DNA from: an uncultured Chloroflexia bacterium
GTDB lineage: Bacteria; Chloroflexota; Limnocylindria; Limnocylindrales; CSP1-4
Reading direction: 5' to 3'
Length of the DNA: 64,000 bases
Assembly (NCBI GenBank): GCA_963782715.1
Contig: CAWAKU010000003.1
Location: forward strand, 3,259-67,258
Made by a program: the position numbers and the translations under genes. Positions 36,108 through 45,236 of the stretch are shown piece after piece; positions within the stretch are counted from its first letter, which is position 1, and each line of letters begins with the position of its first letter. The notes under the pieces are model-generated. The model was not told the DNA's origin. It saw only the letters and a program-made list of their open reading frames with translations, and did not search any database.

Positions 36108-38444
36108 ATGTTCAGCCGCTGGGGAGCGTTCGTCTACCGCTTCCGCCGTCCCATCGCCCTGATCGCCGTGGTGATCGCCCTCGCGAGCTCTGTCCTCGCG
36201 ACCCAGACGTCGTCGGCCCTGTCGGCCGGTGGCTGGCTCGACGCCGATTCAGAATCGGCGGCGGTGTCCGCCCGGCTCGATACCGAATTCGGGGCGGGCC
36301 TGAGTTCGGTCATCGCGCTCTTCCGGTCGACGACTCCGGGCGCCGACGCGACGTCGGCTGAGTTCCAGGGTGCCATCAAGACCTCCATCGCCGGCCTGTC
36401 GGCCGTGCCCCAGGTCACGGGCGTGGTGGGGTACGCCGAGACGGGCGACACGCGCTTCATCAGCACTGCCGGCGACGCGGCCTACATCGTCATCGAGTTG
36501 AACGTGACCGACGAGGCCTCGGTCGACGTCGTCGACCCCATCCGGGCAGCGATCGTGCCTCCGGCCGGGTTCACCTATCAGCTGACCGGCTACGGCCCGA
36601 TCACCAAGGACTCGGCCGAACAGTCCGAGAAGGACCTCCAGAAGGCCGAACTGGTGTCCCTGCCGATCGTCGCGGTCGTGCTGGTCCTCGTGTTCGCCTC
36701 GCTCGTCGCCGCCGGGATGCCGCTGCTGGTCGCCGGGCTGGCGATCCCCAGCAGCCTGGCCCTCGTGTACATCGTGGCGCAGCAGGTCGAGATGAGCATC
36801 TTCGTGCTCAACATCGCGACGATGCTCGGGCTCGCCCTCGCCATCGACTACTCGCTGTTCATCGTGAGCCGGTTCCGCGAGGAACTCCGTCGCGGCCGGA
36901 CGGTCGCCGAGGCGGTCGAACGGGCCGTCGGGACCGCCGGCAAGGCCGTCGCCTTCAGCGGTATCGCGGTCGCCATCGGGCTGGCCGGGCTGCTCCTCTT
37001 CAAGGCGCCTGCGATCCGCTCCATCGGCATCGCGGGCTCGCTCGTCGTGCTCAGCTCGGTCGTCTTCGCGCTGACCTTCCTGCCGGCCATCCTCGGGATG
37101 CTCGGGCATCGGGTGAACGCCCTGTCGATCCGCGGTCTCCGCCATCGATTCCGTCCGGTCGCCGACGGGGTCGAAGTCGAGCGGACGTCGCGTTGGGAGC
37201 GTGTCGCGCACGCGGTCATGCGCCGCCCGATCGCCGTGCTGATCCCGACCCTGGCTTTCCTGCTCATCGTCGGGAGCCCCTTCCTGCGGATGGAGCAGGG
37301 CGTCCCGGGGGCCGAGATCTACCCACCCGGCGTCGAGAGCCGTGACGCCTATGTCGCACTCCAGACCGAATTCGCGCCGGGCGAGACGACCCCGATCATC
37401 ATCCTGGCCGATGTCACCGGCTCCCCGACCGACCTCGCCAACATCACCGCGCTCGACGCCTACGCGACCCAGGTGGACGCGGTCAGCGGCGTCGACCGGG
37501 TCGAGAGCCCGTTCGTGATCCACGACCCGGCGACCGGCGCACTGCTCAGCCCGGAACAGGTCGCGGCCCTGTACGCGCTGCCCGCCGGCCAACGCCCGGC
37601 CGGACTGGACGCCCTGCTCGCCCAGTACGTCCGCGGTTCGACCGTTCGCCTCGACGCGATCAGCCCGCTGGCGCCGTCGAAGCCGGAGGCGACGAACATG
37701 ATCCCGGTGATCCGTGGCATCGCACCGGCCGCCGGGATCACCACGCAGGTCGGCGGCAGCGCGGCGAGCGGCCACGACTTCCTGGTCTCGCAGGCTGAGC
37801 GCGCACCGTATGCGGTCGGCCTGACCCTGCTCGCGAGCGGCTTCATCCTGTTCCTGCTGTTCGGCTCGATGATCCTGCCGCTCAAGGCCGTGATCATGAC
37901 CCTGCTGTCGATCACCGCGAGCTTCGGGGCGATGGTCTGGATCTTCCAGGAGGGCAACCTGTCCGGGATCCTGAACTTCACCCCGCTCGGGTACACCATC
38001 GCCGGCAACCCGATCATCATGTTCTCGGTCATCTTCGGGCTGTCCATGGACTATGAGGTCCTGCTCCTGTCGCGCATCCAGGAGGCCTACCGGCGGACCG
38101 GCGACAACACCGCCTCGGTCGCGGAGGGACTGGCCAAGACGGCCGGGGTCATCACCGGCGCGGCGCTGATCATGGTCTCGGTCTTCGCGGCGTTCGCGCT
38201 GGCGGAGGTCATCACCATCAAGAGCATCGGCGTCGGCATGGCCATCGCGGTGGCCGTGGACGCGACCATCGTCCGGGTCCTGCTCGTGCCGGCCACGATG
38301 CGCCTGATGGGCAAGTGGAACTGGTGGGCGCCCGGGATCTTCGGCCGCTTCGTCGACCGGCTCGGCTTCAGCCACGTCGAGGACGACGAGGTGGACCCGG
38401 AGGCGACGACGCCCACCCCGACACCGGGGCTCGCCGGGTCCTGA
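36108..38444 (+). CDS. MMPL family (RND superfamily) transporter
   Basis: 778 aa. It has two 6-TM bundles with extracytoplasmic domains and MMPL-typical blocks (LGLALAIDYSLFIVSRFREEL, FGLSMDYEVLLLSRIQE). Confidence 0.9.
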   Translation: MFSRWGAFVYRFRRPIALIAVVIALASSVLATQTSSALSAGGWLDADSESAAVSARLDTEFGAGLSSVIALFRSTTPGADATSAEFQGAIKTSIAGLSAVPQVTGVVGYAETGDTRFISTAGDAAYIVIELNVTDEASVDVVDPIRAAIVPPAGFTYQLTGYGPITKDSAEQSEKDLQKAELVSLPIVAVVLVLVFASLVAAGMPLLVAGLAIPSSLALVYIVAQQVEMSIFVLNIATMLGLALAIDYSLFIVSRFREELRRGRTVAEAVERAVGTAGKAVAFSGIAVAIGLAGLLLFKAPAIRSIGIAGSLVVLSSVVFALTFLPAILGMLGHRVNALSIRGLRHRFRPVADGVEVERTSRWERVAHAVMRRPIAVLIPTLAFLLIVGSPFLRMEQGVPGAEIYPPGVESRDAYVALQTEFAPGETTPIIILADVTGSPTDLANITALDAYATQVDAVSGVDRVESPFVIHDPATGALLSPEQVAALYALPAGQRPAGLDALLAQYVRGSTVRLDAISPLAPSKPEATNMIPVIRGIAPAAGITTQVGGSAASGHDFLVSQAERAPYAVGLTLLASGFILFLLFGSMILPLKAVIMTLLSITASFGAMVWIFQEGNLSGILNFTPLGYTIAGNPIIMFSVIFGLSMDYEVLLLSRIQEAYRRTGDNTASVAEGLAKTAGVITGAALIMVSVFAAFALAEVITIKSIGVGMAIAVAVDATIVRVLLVPATMRLMGKWNWWAPGIFGRFVDRLGFSHVEDDEVDPEATTPTPTPGLAGS

Positions 38445-38472
38445 GCGGGTTCCGCGCGCTATCGTTGCGCCG

Positions 38473-39462
38473 ATGCGCCTGATCCTCGACGCCGAGATCC
38501 GCCCCGAGACGGTCGACCGCCTGCGGGCGTTGTCCGCCGACCTCGACGTCGTCGACGTCACCGACGACCCGGCGTTCGATCCGCGGACGCTGGCCGACCC
38601 GGACGTCGAGGTGATCATCGGCTCGCGTCCACCGACCGACCTCGCCGGCGTGCCCTCGCTGCGCTGGCTGCAGACCCGTTCGGCCGGGGTCGACCACCTC
38701 GCCGCCGATCCGCCATGGCGTCACGGCCTGGTGGTCACCAACGCGAAGGGTGTCTACGCCGTGCCCATCGGCGAGTACGTCAGCGGCATGGTCCTGCGCA
38801 TCCACCAGCCGGCCGCCATCTGGGCGGCCGACCAGGCCGCCCACCACTGGCCGGAAGGCGACCCGACGCTGATCTCCATCGTGCGTGGCACGACCGCGGT
38901 CATCGCCGGCTACGGATCCATCGGTCGCGAAGTGGCCCGCCAGCTGGCCGCCCTCGGGGTGCGCATCACCGCGGTCAAGCCGCGGCCGGAGATCCGCCGT
39001 GACGACTCGTACCGGGTGCCGGGCACGGGCGACCCGGACGGCTCGATCCCCGAGCGGATCGTCGGCGACGCCGAGCTCGGCGAGGTCGTCCGCGAGGCTG
39101 ACCTCCTGGTCGTGACGATGCCGCTGACTGAAGCCACCCGCGGGATCGTCAGTCGCGCGGTCATCGCCGCCCTGCCCGAGCGCGCGTGGCTGATCAACGT
39201 GGCACGGGGCGCATTGGTGGACGAGCCAGCGCTCCTCGAGGCGTTGCGTGCCGGGCGCCTGGCCGGTGCCGTCCTCGACGTCTTCGGCCGGGAGCCGTTG
39301 CCCGCCGACAGCCCCTGGTGGGACGTCCCGAACGTCATCGTGACCCCGCACGCATCAGGTCACACGCTCCGCTTCTTCGACGAGCTGGTCATCGAGAACG
39401 TCCGGCGCTATCTGGCGGGCGAGCCGCTCCTCAACCTCGTCGACCCCGAGCGCGGATACTAG
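38473..39462 (+). CDS. D-isomer-specific 2-hydroxyacid dehydrogenase family protein
   Basis: 329 aa with an NAD motif (GYGSIGREVARQLAALG) and the catalytic block NVARG...D..AL; ...TPH. Confidence 0.85.
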   Translation: MRLILDAEIRPETVDRLRALSADLDVVDVTDDPAFDPRTLADPDVEVIIGSRPPTDLAGVPSLRWLQTRSAGVDHLAADPPWRHGLVVTNAKGVYAVPIGEYVSGMVLRIHQPAAIWAADQAAHHWPEGDPTLISIVRGTTAVIAGYGSIGREVARQLAALGVRITAVKPRPEIRRDDSYRVPGTGDPDGSIPERIVGDAELGEVVREADLLVVTMPLTEATRGIVSRAVIAALPERAWLINVARGALVDEPALLEALRAGRLAGAVLDVFGREPLPADSPWWDVPNVIVTPHASGHTLRFFDELVIENVRRYLAGEPLLNLVDPERGY

Positions 39463-39479
39463 GAGCCAGCGAGGCGACG

Positions 39480-40055
39480 ATGGATGACGACCGAAGCGAA
39501 CCGGTGACGCGGCTGGGGCCCGACAGCGGCGGGCGGATGCCCGGCGAGCCGACCGCGCGGGTCTATCACTGGGAATGGGGTCCCGCCGACACCGGCCGGC
39601 CGGGGCTGCCATGGATCGGCATCTTCCTGCTCGTGTTCGGCGGTCTGCTGCTCCTCCAGCAGGCGTTCCCCCAGTTCGAGGCGCTCGGATCGATCGTCGT
39701 CCTGGCGGTGGGCATCGCGTTCCTGGTCAAGTGGGCGATCGACCGCGGGACGGGCTCGCTGTATGCGGGCGCGATCATCACCGCGCTGGCCGTCCCGGGT
39801 CTGCTCAATGCGGCCGGCATCGAGCGAAACGGACTCAGCACGTTCAGCTTCGGCGTCGCCTTCCTGTTCATCGGCGCGGTCCGCGCCTTCTCCGGCGGCG
39901 GCTGGGGCTGGCAGCTCTGGCTCGGCGGGCTGCTCGCACTGGTCGGCGCCGTCAACATCGCGGGCGCCTCGTTCGCGGGATACCTGCTGCCGATCACGCT
40001 GGTCGCGCTTGGCCTGGTCCTCATCGTCCGCGGCGGGATGGGCCGGGCGCGCTAG
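39480..40055 (+). CDS. integral membrane protein, function unknown
   Basis: The internal ATG at 39480 gives 191 aa with about five TM helices following a short cytoplasmic N-terminus. Confidence 0.55.
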   Translation: MDDDRSEPVTRLGPDSGGRMPGEPTARVYHWEWGPADTGRPGLPWIGIFLLVFGGLLLLQQAFPQFEALGSIVVLAVGIAFLVKWAIDRGTGSLYAGAIITALAVPGLLNAAGIERNGLSTFSFGVAFLFIGAVRAFSGGGWGWQLWLGGLLALVGAVNIAGASFAGYLLPITLVALGLVLIVRGGMGRAR

Positions 40056-40057
40056 GG

Positions 40058-41401
40058 CTACGGCTGGACCGCCGGCTCCGCGGCCACCGCGTCGATCGAC
40101 TCGGCGAGGACCCGCGCGATCCGCTCCAGCTCGGGATCGGTGACGACGAACGGCGGGCCGAGCAGGATCGTGTCGCCGTCCACGCCGTTCGCCTGTCCCG
40201 TGCCGGAGTAGAGCAGGACGCCGCGCTCGCGAGCCTCGCGGACGACCGCCTCCACGACCCGGTCCGCGCGCGGGAACGGCGCGCGGGTCTCGCGATCGGC
40301 GACCAGCTCGATGCCGACCAGCAGGCCGCGCCCGCGGATCTCGCCGACCGCGGGATGGCCGTCGAGCGCCCCCGAGACCAGGCCGCGCAGCCGCTCGCCC
40401 CTGACCGCGCTGGCCGCGACGAGGTCCTCCGCGACCAGGATGCGCAGCACCTCGCGGGCGACGGCGGCACCGACCGGGGCATGCGAATAGGTGAACCCGT
40501 GGACGAACCCGCCCGGCCCCGAGACGGCCGTATAGACCTCGTCGGAGGCGGCCACGAACCCGAACGGCCAGTAGCCCGACGACGCCCCCTTCGCCGCGAC
40601 CAGGATGTCCGCCCGGACGCCCCAGTGGTCGAGCGCGAACCAGCGGCCGGTCCGCCCGAACCCGGTCATGACCTCGTCGGCGATGAGCAGGACGCCGTGG
40701 CGCCGGCAGACCTCGGCGATGGCCGGCCAGTACCCGTCCGGCGGCACCACGGCCGCCAGGGTGGCACCGACGATCGGCTCGGCGACGAAGGCGGCGACGG
40801 TGCCGGGACCAGCAGCCTCGAACGCACGATCGAGCTCCATGGCGAGGTCTTCGGCCGATCCGAGCGCATTCGCGCCGGGCTCGTCCGCCCGGTACGGATA
40901 GGCAGCCGACACGTGCCGGAACCGCCCCAGCCAGCCCTCGTACGGCCGGCGCAAGGGCTTCCTGCCCGACAGGTCCAGGGCACCGAGGGTATTGCCGTGA
41001 TAGCTCCCCCATCGGGCGTAGACGATCAGTCGGTCGGGCTCGCCCCGCGCGACGTGATAGGCCCGGGCGAGCTTCAGCGCGGTCTCGATCGCCTCCGATC
41101 CGCCGGACACGGGATAGATCGCCGGTCCGTCCACCGGCAGGTACGGCGCGACCTCGCGGGCGTACGCCTCGAGCGGCTCGGTGGTGAAGGCACTGCCGTG
41201 GGCGTACGCCAGACGGCCCGCCTGGTCGGCCATCGCGGCCGCGATCTCGCGCCGGCCGTGCCCGACGTTGACGACGATCGCCCCGCCTGCGGCGTCGAGG
41301 TACTCCCGACCCGCGGCATCGCGGATGGTCGATCCGAACGCCTCGACGGCGACCGGCGGATCCGCGACGCTCGAGCGGCGGAAGACGCGACCGTTGCTCA
41401 C
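40058..41401 (-). CDS. class-III (omega-type) PLP aminotransferase
   Basis: The GTG at 41401 gives 447 aa. Family blocks are GSEAIETALKLAR and LIADEVMTGFGRTG, with the lysine region VAAKGASSGYWP. The upstream 77 aa of the ORF are Arg/Pro-rich read-through. Confidence 0.85.
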   Translation of the reverse strand: MSNGRVFRRSSVADPPVAVEAFGSTIRDAAGREYLDAAGGAIVVNVGHGRREIAAAMADQAGRLAYAHGSAFTTEPLEAYAREVAPYLPVDGPAIYPVSGGSEAIETALKLARAYHVARGEPDRLIVYARWGSYHGNTLGALDLSGRKPLRRPYEGWLGRFRHVSAAYPYRADEPGANALGSAEDLAMELDRAFEAAGPGTVAAFVAEPIVGATLAAVVPPDGYWPAIAEVCRRHGVLLIADEVMTGFGRTGRWFALDHWGVRADILVAAKGASSGYWPFGFVAASDEVYTAVSGPGGFVHGFTYSHAPVGAAVAREVLRILVAEDLVAASAVRGERLRGLVSGALDGHPAVGEIRGRGLLVGIELVADRETRAPFPRADRVVEAVVREARERGVLLYSGTGQANGVDGDTILLGPPFVVTDPELERIARVLAESIDAVAAEPAVQP

Positions 41402-41478
41402 GGCCGCATCGTAGCGGACGAGACCCCCGGCCCGGGGAAGGGACCGGGTCGGGGGCCCGTGACGGGACGCTTGCCGCG

Positions 41479-42636
41479 TCAGACGCGGCCTTTCGGCACC
41501 GTGTGCCAGTACGTCTTGTTGAAGACGATCTTGCCCAGGTGCCAGAGGTGATTCGGCTTGGGGGGACGCGGCGGATGGTCGTAGTCGAACTGGAGGAGGG
41601 TTCCCTTGCCGTCGCCGATCTCGAAGAAGCACATGACCTTGCCCTCGTAGTCGGCGTGCTTGCCGATGGGGGCGCGGCCGGTGACGGCGGCGGTGATGCG
41701 TTCGGCCACGACGGGCGCTTCGAAGTGTGCGGTGGAGCCGGCCTTCGACAGCGGCAGGTCGGTGGCGTCGCCGAGTGCGTAGACGTTCGGGCGGTCGCCG
41801 ACCTGGAGGGTGTGGCGGTCGGTCGGCAGCCAGCCGCCCGGTGCCGGGGCGAGGCCCGAGTCCATCAGGAACTGCTGGCCCTTGTGCGGCGGCACGAGGA
41901 TGAGCAGGTCGTAGCCGAGCTCCTCGCCCTCGAGGCTCTCGATGACCTTGCGCTCGGGATGGATCGCCTCCACGTTGAAGAAGGTATGGAGCTCGATCCC
42001 CTTCTCCTCGAGGATCGGGGTGGCCATGTCGGACACGCTCTCGATGGTGAAGGCCCGGCCGATGGGTGAGCAGAAGTCGATGGTCGCCGCCTGGCGGAGG
42101 CCACGGTCACGCAGCTCGGATTCGATGAGGAAGGCGACCTCGAGCGGCGCCGGCGGACACTTGTAGGGCATGCCGGCGATGCCGATGACGATCCGGCCGC
42201 CGGTGAAGGCGTCAAGGGCGGCGCGCAGCCGGGCCGCCGCCTGGGCCGTGTAGAAGTGCTGGGCCTCGGTGTCGAAGTGCTCGATCGCCTCGGGCACGAT
42301 GCGCGAGCCGGTCGCGAGGACCAGGTGGTCGTACCCGAGCGGCAGGCCATCGCTCAGCGTCACGACCTGTCGGGCGTCGTCGACGCGGGTGACCTCGCCG
42401 ATGACGAGGGTGACCCGCTTGTCGAGCAACGAGCGCTCGGGCCGCTCGAGGTTGGCGGCGCGCTCGCCGCCCATGGCGATGTACATGAAGCCCGGCTGGT
42501 AGACGTGCTGCCCGGTCGAGTCGACGACCATGACCTCGACGTCACCGCTGTCGACCTGGCGCTTGAGCTTGCGGACCAGGAGGTTGGCGGTCAGGGTGCC
42601 CCCGACACCCCCGCCGAGGATGAGGATCCGTTGCAT
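41479..42636 (-). CDS. sqr: sulfide:quinone oxidoreductase-like FAD-dependent oxidoreductase
   Basis: The ATG at 42636 gives 385 aa. It has the FAD motif ILILGGGVGGT and candidate redox Cys in PYKCPPAPLE and GKVMCFFE. Confidence 0.75.
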   Translation of the reverse strand: MQRILILGGGVGGTLTANLLVRKLKRQVDSGDVEVMVVDSTGQHVYQPGFMYIAMGGERAANLERPERSLLDKRVTLVIGEVTRVDDARQVVTLSDGLPLGYDHLVLATGSRIVPEAIEHFDTEAQHFYTAQAAARLRAALDAFTGGRIVIGIAGMPYKCPPAPLEVAFLIESELRDRGLRQAATIDFCSPIGRAFTIESVSDMATPILEEKGIELHTFFNVEAIHPERKVIESLEGEELGYDLLILVPPHKGQQFLMDSGLAPAPGGWLPTDRHTLQVGDRPNVYALGDATDLPLSKAGSTAHFEAPVVAERITAAVTGRAPIGKHADYEGKVMCFFEIGDGKGTLLQFDYDHPPRPPKPNHLWHLGKIVFNKTYWHTVPKGRV

Positions 42637-42643
42637 GACGTGC

Positions 42644-42889
42644 CTACCGCAGCTTCTCGACGATGATCTCGTCGTAGCCGTCGCGCGCCTCGAGAGCGAC
42701 AAGGCGGTGCCCGGCCTTCTCGACCCACTTGGGGATGTCCGTCTTCGAACCCTTGTCGGACGAGTAGACGGCGATGACGTCGCCGACCTGCCCCTCGCGG
42801 ATGGCCCGGATGAGCTCCATCAGCGGCCCCGGGCAGTAGCTGCCGCGGGCATCGACGGTTCGGGTGATGGTGGGATCGGTCTCGATCAT
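42644..42889 (-). CDS. TusA/SirA-family sulfurtransferase
   Basis: 81 aa with the active-site motif DARGSYCPGP. Confidence 0.8.
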   Translation of the reverse strand: MIETDPTITRTVDARGSYCPGPLMELIRAIREGQVGDVIAVYSSDKGSKTDIPKWVEKAGHRLVALEARDGYDEIIVEKLR

Positions 42890-42926
42890 GGTGGCTACGC
42901 CCTTCCTGTCTGAGCAGCGCCTCGCG

Positions 42927-43535
42927 CTAGATGAACAGCGGGGTGGAGTTGTCGGTCATCAGGCCGATGACGGTCGCGGCACCGGCCGGCTCGCTCATGC
43001 CCTCGATCATGTCCTCGGGCTTGAGGCCGAACATGTCCATCGTCATCTGGCACGGGATGAACTCGACGCCGAGCGCCTGCGCGGCTTCGAGCAGTTCCTT
43101 CGGGCTGGCCACGCCGTACTGCTTGGCGAGGCGGCCCATCATCCACGGGCCCATCCCGAAGAAGTTCATCTTCGACAGCTTCCGGTGGCTGATGCCCGGT
43201 CGCTGCATCGCCGACATCATCTTCTGCATCCAGTTCTCGCCGGTGATCCGCTTCGAATCCTTGACGAACACCTGGAGGCCCCAGAAGGTGACGAAGACGC
43301 GCGTGCGCACGCCCATCGCGGCGCTGGTCGAGGCCAGGATCATGGTCGCCCAGACCTTCTCGAGGTCGCCGCTGTAGTCGATGATCAGGACGTCGCGGAC
43401 CTTGGCCTGGCCGTCGGTCGCCGGGGCCGGCTGGTCGTCGGGGTCGCGGATGGGCTCGAGCGCTTCGGGCCAGCCATCGACCGTCGCGATCGCGTCGGCA
43501 AGCGGGTCGAACGGGGCGAGTGTCTCTGTGGTCAT
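42927..43535 (-). CDS. DsrE/DsrF-like (DrsE_2-type) sulfur-relay protein with N-terminal extension
   Basis: 202 aa with a conserved Cys block (FIPCQMTMDMFG). It is a paralogue of the 43802..44215 product. Confidence 0.7.
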   Translation of the reverse strand: MTTETLAPFDPLADAIATVDGWPEALEPIRDPDDQPAPATDGQAKVRDVLIIDYSGDLEKVWATMILASTSAAMGVRTRVFVTFWGLQVFVKDSKRITGENWMQKMMSAMQRPGISHRKLSKMNFFGMGPWMMGRLAKQYGVASPKELLEAAQALGVEFIPCQMTMDMFGLKPEDMIEGMSEPAGAATVIGLMTDNSTPLFI

Positions 43536-43545
43536 GATCGAAGCC

Positions 43546-43782
43546 TCACTTCCGGCGGATGACGAAGCGGTAGACGGCGCCGTCCGATGTCTGCTCGACG
43601 AGGATGTTGCCGGTGGTCTTGCACCAGGCGGCCACGTCCTTGATGGAGCCGGCGTCGGTGGCGAGCAGCTCGATCGCGGCGCCGGACGGCAGGACCTTCA
43701 CCGCCTGGGCGGTCTTGACGATGGGCATCGGGCACGACAGCCCGCGCGCGTCGACTGTCTGGTTGATCTCGATGACTGGCAT
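43546..43782 (-). CDS. TusA/SirA-family sulfurtransferase
   Basis: 78 aa with the active-site motif DARGLSCPMP. Confidence 0.85.
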   Translation of the reverse strand: MPVIEINQTVDARGLSCPMPIVKTAQAVKVLPSGAAIELLATDAGSIKDVAAWCKTTGNILVEQTSDGAVYRFVIRRK

Positions 43783-43801
43783 GGAAGGCTCCTCCTGCCG
43801 A

Positions 43802-44215
43802 CTAGATGAAGATGAACTGGCCTTCGCCAGCGTTCAGATAGAAGGCCGTGACGCCCTCGACGCCATCCACGAGCGGGTCGAGGTCGGCCTGATCGAGGTG
43901 CAGCAGGTCCATCGACAGCGAGCACGCCTCGATATCGACGCCGCCGAGCTCCTTTGCCTGGCGCAAGGTCTCCGCCCACGGCGCCTGACCGGCGGCCGCG
44001 AGGGCGTCGACCGCCAACCGGCCGGCCGGGCCGGCTTCTGGCGCCAGGCCGTGATCCGCCTTGATGCGGTCGGCCCGGAACGCGTCCAGCGCCCAATACT
44101 GCAGGAAGATGTTGACGGGCTTGCCGAGCGCAGCGGCCCCGGCGGTCAGGACTGCGGCGGCCTGGAGCTTGTCGTCCGTGCCGGAGAACAGGACCAGATT
44201 CAGCGGCTCATCCAT
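43802..44215 (-). CDS. DsrE/DsrF-like (DrsE_2-type) sulfur-relay protein
   Basis: The ATG at 44215 gives 137 aa (MDEPLNLVLFSGTDDKLQAA...). The Cys block is IEACSLSMDLLH. The rest of ORF 43802..44653 is read-through overlapping arsR. Confidence 0.7.
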   Translation of the reverse strand: MDEPLNLVLFSGTDDKLQAAAVLTAGAAALGKPVNIFLQYWALDAFRADRIKADHGLAPEAGPAGRLAVDALAAAGQAPWAETLRQAKELGGVDIEACSLSMDLLHLDQADLDPLVDGVEGVTAFYLNAGEGQFIFI

Positions 44216-44220
44216 GGCGG

Positions 44221-44604
44221 TCACCTCGGGGTCGATATGGCGTGGGCGAGATCGGGTGCCGTGCGCACGATGGCGCCTGACGCGCTGACCTCGGGGGCGG
44301 TGGACAGGTCGGCCAGGCGGCGGAGGCGGCGCTCGAGGACGTCGCGCATGATCCCGCAGGCGACCATGACGTCCGGGTCGGTCAACCGGTAGCGGACCTC
44401 GCGTCCATCGCGATCGGCGTCGACGACTCCGACTGCCCGGAGGACCGCGAGGTGCTGCGAGACATTCGGCTGGCTGAGACCGAGCTGCTCGGCAAGCCGT
44501 CCCACTTCGCACGGCCCATCGGCCAGCCGATGGAGGATGTCCAGCCGGCGCGGGTTGGCGAGGGTGCGCAGGACCTCGGCTTGCAGCACGGTGAGCTCGT
44601 TCAT
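44221..44604 (-). CDS. ArsR/SmtB family transcriptional regulator with two Cys (candidate persulfide sensor)
   Basis: The ATG at 44604 gives 127 aa with a wHTH block (VGRLAEQLGLSQPNVSQHLAVLR). Cys32 lies in helix alpha-2 (DGPCEV) and Cys83 in the C-terminal helix (VACGIM). Confidence 0.85.
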   Translation of the reverse strand: MNELTVLQAEVLRTLANPRRLDILHRLADGPCEVGRLAEQLGLSQPNVSQHLAVLRAVGVVDADRDGREVRYRLTDPDVMVACGIMRDVLERRLRRLADLSTAPEVSASGAIVRTAPDLAHAISTPR

Positions 44605-44774
44605 GGGCCAAGCATCGAGACATGCGCATCTCCGCATCAGTGCCACGCGTCACCCCGCGGCGGTCCGTTGGTCCCCCGTCCGGGGCGGACTGGGGCCGGG
44701 GTGCCTCCGCGAAGGCGACCGATGGCCCTGTCGGGGCGTCCTGACGCGACGGATGCTTCGAGTGGAGGTGCGAT

Positions 44775-45236
44775 ATGGCCGCTCATCCCATGACAGCGGG
44801 AGAGAGCCGATTCGAGGCTCAGGAGCACAGGGACCTGGCGCTCGGGCTGACCCACATCGACGAGGTCATCGGGCGGGCCGCCGACCTCGGCTCGGAGGGC
44901 CTGTGGGCCCGCCTCCACGACACGCTGCGCTGGCTCGACCGCGAGGTCCGTCCGCACATGGCCTGGGAGGATCGCTGGCTCTACCCGCAGCTCGACGAGA
45001 TCGCCGAGACCCCGTGGGCGACCAAGTCCGCCCGCATGGAGCATCGCCAGATCGAGAAGATGATCGCCACCCTCGAGGCCGATTCCGAGCGCTGGCTCGG
45101 CCACGCGACACCGCACACCTGCGCCGAGGTGGTCCAACACCTGAGCGCCATCCGGGCTGTCCTGGGGGCCCATGTCGAGCGCGAGGAACGGCTCCTGCTG
45201 CCACTCCTCGGCGACCCGACGGAACCGCAGCACTGA
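44775..45236 (+). CDS. hemerythrin-like (HHE cation-binding) domain protein
   Basis: 153 aa with His/Glu ligand-like spacing (HRDL..., HMAWEDRWLYP, EHRQIE, HVEREERLLLP). A GGAGG Shine-Dalgarno sequence precedes the ATG. Confidence 0.7.
   Translation: MAAHPMTAGESRFEAQEHRDLALGLTHIDEVIGRAADLGSEGLWARLHDTLRWLDREVRPHMAWEDRWLYPQLDEIAETPWATKSARMEHRQIEKMIATLEADSERWLGHATPHTCAEVVQHLSAIRAVLGAHVEREERLLLPLLGDPTEPQH

Noticed and set aside
36249-38618. A 789-aa antisense ORF opposite the MMPL gene. Similar long antisense or alternate-frame ORFs occur at 25091-26953, 16404-18068, 1853-3916, 39459-41012, 39575-41551, 51918-53762 and 57087-58592.
   Set aside because: Their composition is dominated by Arg, Asp, Gly and Pro with no recognisable motifs. 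Each lies opposite or out of frame to a gene with clear family signatures. Long spurious ORFs are expected at about 70% GC.
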